Source: Candidatus Multivoradales bacterium
GTDB lineage: Bacteria; Acidobacteriota; Thermoanaerobaculia; Multivoradales; Multivoraceae
Assembly (NCBI GenBank): GCA_965223325.1
Contig: CBDCWI010000002.1
Coordinates: 224,001 to 288,000, forward strand
DNA: 64,000 nt
Reading direction: 5' to 3'
The notes under the pieces: generated by a model
What the model was told of the DNA's origin: nothing
What the model saw: only the letters and a program-made list of their open reading frames with translations
The model's database searches: none
In this document: one piece after another, positions 61,121 through 64,000 of the stretch
Numbering within the stretch: position 1 is the stretch's first letter
Layout: each line of letters opens with the position of its first letter
Position numbers and translations under genes: made by a program

Positions 61121-62473
61121 ATGCAAGCAACGGTAGCCATCGTCGGACGGCCGAACGTCGGTAAGTCGACTCTCTTCAATCGCCTGGTTGGCCGACGCCA
61201 GGCGATCGTGCACGATCAGCCTGGGGTCACCCGGGACCGAGTCGTTGGCAGTCTCGAGCTCGCCGACGAGCGTCATGTCGAGCTCATCGACACCGGCGGG
61301 CTGGTACCGGGCGACGATCCGATCGGGCTCAACGCCCAGGTTCGGCTGGCGGTGGAGGAGTCGGACCTCCTGGTCATGGTGGTCGACGGTCGGGAGGGTC
61401 TGGTGCCCGGCGATCAAGAGGTCTGGCATGAGCTCCGGCGCTACGGCAAGCCGGCGCTCCTGGCGGTCAACAAGGGCGACACGCGGGCTGCTCAGGAAGG
61501 CTTCGAGGAGTTCTACCAGCTCGGCGTAGGCCAGCAGGTCCTGGTCTCGGCCGAGCATGGTCGAGGAGTGGGTGACCTCCTCGACCTGGTCGCCGAGGAG
61601 CTGAACGCGGTCCTTGGCGAGCCCGGTGCATCGACCGATCGCTCCACGACCACCCCGGCACTGGCGATCGTAGGAAGGCCGAATGTCGGCAAAAGCTCGA
61701 TTCTCAACCGGCTGGTCAGGGCTCCACGGTCACTGGTTTCACCGGTTGCTGGAACGACCCGCGATCCGGTCGACACACTGCTCGAACGCGACGGAGAGCG
61801 TGATTGGATGCTGGTCGATACCGCGGGCATCCGCCGACGCAGCCAGGTCAGCGGCGCAGCCGAAGACCTGGCGGTGATGATGGCCAAGCGCCAGATCGAT
61901 CGGGCCGACGTCGTTGTGCTGGTGGTCGACGCCTCGTCTGGGATCACCAGCAGCGACCTGGCCATTGCGGGTGCGATCTGGGAGGCCGGGCGCTCGGCCG
62001 TGATCGCGGTCAACAAGTGGGACCTGCTCAAACCTCCGGCCGAGGAAGACGCGATCGAGTCCGAGAACAGTCAGCGCAACGAGCTCGAAGACAGCTGGGA
62101 ACGTCTCGAGGAGATCCTCTACAAGCCGCCGCGAGTCAATGTCTCCGCGCTCACCGGGCGCGGGCTCGAGAAGCTCCTCCCGGCGGCCGATCAGGTCTAC
62201 CGGAACCATCGCACCGAGCTCGGTACCTCGGAGGTCAACCGCCTGTTCGAGGAGGCCGTTGCGCGCAACCAGGCTCCCGCCTACAAGGGGCGCCCCTGGA
62301 ACCTCCTCTATGCCACCCAGGTCTCGACCGGGCCTCCCACCTTCATGGTGTTCGCCAGCCGCACCCTGCCGCGCCAGAACTCCTACCGGCGTTATCTCGA
62401 AAACCAGCTGCGCAGTCGTCTCGGTCTCCCTGGAGTGCCGATCCGGCTGGTCATCAGGGCCCGCCAGCGCTAG
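61121..62473 (+). CDS. der: Ribosome biogenesis GTPase Der
   Basis: Two GRPNVGKS G domains, DTGG/DTAG, NKxD, C-terminal KH-like domain. Confidence 0.97.
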   Translation: MQATVAIVGRPNVGKSTLFNRLVGRRQAIVHDQPGVTRDRVVGSLELADERHVELIDTGGLVPGDDPIGLNAQVRLAVEESDLLVMVVDGREGLVPGDQEVWHELRRYGKPALLAVNKGDTRAAQEGFEEFYQLGVGQQVLVSAEHGRGVGDLLDLVAEELNAVLGEPGASTDRSTTTPALAIVGRPNVGKSSILNRLVRAPRSLVSPVAGTTRDPVDTLLERDGERDWMLVDTAGIRRRSQVSGAAEDLAVMMAKRQIDRADVVVLVVDASSGITSSDLAIAGAIWEAGRSAVIAVNKWDLLKPPAEEDAIESENSQRNELEDSWERLEEILYKPPRVNVSALTGRGLEKLLPAADQVYRNHRTELGTSEVNRLFEEAVARNQAPAYKGRPWNLLYATQVSTGPPTFMVFASRTLPRQNSYRRYLENQLRSRLGLPGVPIRLVIRARQR

Positions 62474-62575
62474 GCCGAGTGAGGTTGATGGTCGGCCCAA
62501 GTGGACAGATTTTGAACCGGTCGCCTTCCTTAAATCAATCGATCGGCTCCGCAGGGACCTGCAGGGAGCCGCCGC

Positions 62576-63526
62576 GTGAGCGCCGCGGGGCAGGCTCCTG
62601 GGCGGCCGGACCACGCGCCGAAACCGGCCCGGCCGCCCAAGGCGTCACAGTTTCATCCAACAAGTGTTGAGAAGCAGCCTCGTCCCCTCGGGCACCTCAT
62701 CAGCCAGGCGCTCCTCCTCGACCAAGAGGACACCTACGCCGCCGGCGAGGTCGGATTCCTCGCGCGAGCACTCGTCCAGGCGACGCTCCCCCACAGCGAC
62801 CCGAAGAGCAACGAGTTCGTTCGCCACAACGGTCACTTCTCCCTCTCGATCCTCGCCCCCAAGGGAGTCGGCCTTCCGTACGGCCGGTACCCCCGGCTCG
62901 TACTCGCCTACCTCAACACCGAGGCGGTGAAGCGGAAGACGCGGCACATCGAGCTCGATCACCACTTCTCGCACTTCTGCGCCGCCCTCGGGATCCCGCC
63001 GACGACCGGACCTCGAGGCTCGCTGCCGATGCTCCGAGAGCAGATGCAGCGGCTCTTCGCTTCGACCTTCCAGTGCGTCTTCCATGACGAGGAGAAAGGG
63101 CGCCACGCAGGCGAAGGCTTCCTGATCGCCGAGAAGAGGGCGCTCTGGTGGGACCCTCGACGCGATAGTGGCGACGCGTCGTGGGGATCGCACGTCGTGC
63201 TCTCGGAGCGCTTCTACCGGGAGGCCACCGAAACGCCAGTGCCGCTGGACCTCCGAGTCCTCCGCGCCCTTCGCTCTCCGTTCGAGATCGACATCTACGT
63301 TTGGCTGACGTGGCGCTTCTTCCGCCTCCGGAAGCCGGTAACGATTCCCTGGGCGTCGCTTCAGCTCCAGTTCGGTTGTTCGTACAAGAACCCTCGACAC
63401 TTCAAGCGGCGGTTTCTCCTGTACCTGAAGAGCGTGACCAGATACTACCCAGCTATCCGGTTGAACAGCGCAGAAAGCGGCCTGATGCTCATGCCGTCTC
63501 CCAGTCATGTGTCACCGAGGAAATGA
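62576..63526 (+). CDS. repA: Plasmid-type replication initiator RepA (IncW-like RepA_C family)
   Basis: FLARALVQATLPH, RHNG, GLPYGRYPRL, PVPLD, DIYVWLTWR, IPW..L..QFG motifs; GGGAG RBS. Confidence 0.85.
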   Translation: MSAAGQAPGRPDHAPKPARPPKASQFHPTSVEKQPRPLGHLISQALLLDQEDTYAAGEVGFLARALVQATLPHSDPKSNEFVRHNGHFSLSILAPKGVGLPYGRYPRLVLAYLNTEAVKRKTRHIELDHHFSHFCAALGIPPTTGPRGSLPMLREQMQRLFASTFQCVFHDEEKGRHAGEGFLIAEKRALWWDPRRDSGDASWGSHVVLSERFYREATETPVPLDLRVLRALRSPFEIDIYVWLTWRFFRLRKPVTIPWASLQLQFGCSYKNPRHFKRRFLLYLKSVTRYYPAIRLNSAESGLMLMPSPSHVSPRK

Positions 63527-63549
63527 CCGATGAAACTGTGACGGCTTGG
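62637..63549. repeat. 21-bp inverted repeat pair bracketing repA
   Basis: CCAAGGCGTCACAGTTTCATC (62637-62657) versus GATGAAACTGTGACGGCTTGG (63529-63549): 20/21 complementary. Confidence 0.85.
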
Positions 63550-63607
63550 CCGACTCCAGATCCACCCGGACTCGCCTCGACGAGATCGAGAGAGCTAGAA
63601 TCTCAAC

Positions 63608-63737
63608 ATGACCGGAAAGGACATCACCTTGGAATCGGGAGCCAAGCCCAAGAAGCGACTCGTCTTCACTGATACGGGTAGCCTCTATGTTCTCGACCGT
63701 GTGTTGGGCACCTGGACAGACGTTCGGGATCTGATTC
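63608..63737 (+). pseudogene. Possible ORF interrupted by the IS3 element
   Basis: ATG-started ORF runs into the IS left end at 63738. Confidence 0.35.
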
Positions 63738-64000
63738 TGTCGGCCTGGGTTTTCGTTGGACACATGACCCGAGCTAAGTTCGGGTTGGAGGTGTCGAATG
63801 TCGAAGACGAAACGAAGAGCTCCGAAGACGAAGGGCCGTTGGTCCGCAAAGCGCAAGGCCTCTGTGGTCCTGCGTCTTCTTCGCGGCGAGTCGCTTGACG
63901 AGGTGTCGCGCGAGACCGGCCTGACGGTGGCTCGTCTGAGCGAGTGGCGCGAGTCCTTCCTGAGCGCAGGTGAGGAGGGCTTGAAAGCCCGTACCGAGGA
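63738..64000 (+). mobile_element. IS3 family element, left end
   Basis: TG-starting end with GGACAC at positions 21-26 as in the IS3 IRL, followed by OrfA. Confidence 0.75.
63798..64000 (+). CDS. IS3-type transposase OrfA (HTH), partial; absent from the ORF track
   Basis: MSKTKRRAPKTKGRWSAKRKASVVLRLLRGESLDEVSRETGLTVARLSEWRESFL; GGAGG RBS. Confidence 0.8.
   Translation, partial: MSKTKRRAPKTKGRWSAKRKASVVLRLLRGESLDEVSRETGLTVARLSEWRESFLSAGEEGLKARTE

Overview
GC-rich bacterial chromosomal segment. The gene content (MoxR/DUF58/BatA/DUF4175/DUF4159 cluster, Rex, SahR-ahcY, outer-membrane proteins) suggests a diderm such as an Acidobacteriota member, but taxonomy is inference only. In order it holds: (1) the tail of an aryl-polyene/lipid-like cluster with a flavin-dependent halogenase (1-4.8 kb); (2) NAD salvage genes pncA/nadE; (3) housekeeping genes hisS, aspS, aroB, an HD-GYP protein, ftsY, ribD, ribE and ltaE; (4) a 17.5 kb uncharacterised MoxR-VWA envelope system with three DUF4159 paralogues, a TPR zinc peptidase and a caspase-like protein lacking its Cys; (5) msrB, then glyA under a ZTP riboswitch and a structured mosaic repeat; (6) TetR-etfBA-FadF/EMO, sahR-ahcY, a LysM lytic transglycosylase, rsmD, rex, tRNA-Leu(CAG), rnr and der; (7) an accessory edge with a plasmid-type RepA gene bracketed by 21-bp inverted repeats and the left end of an IS3 element. 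Two conserved genes appear to lack canonical start codons. All calls come from motif recognition by eye; no database searches were run.
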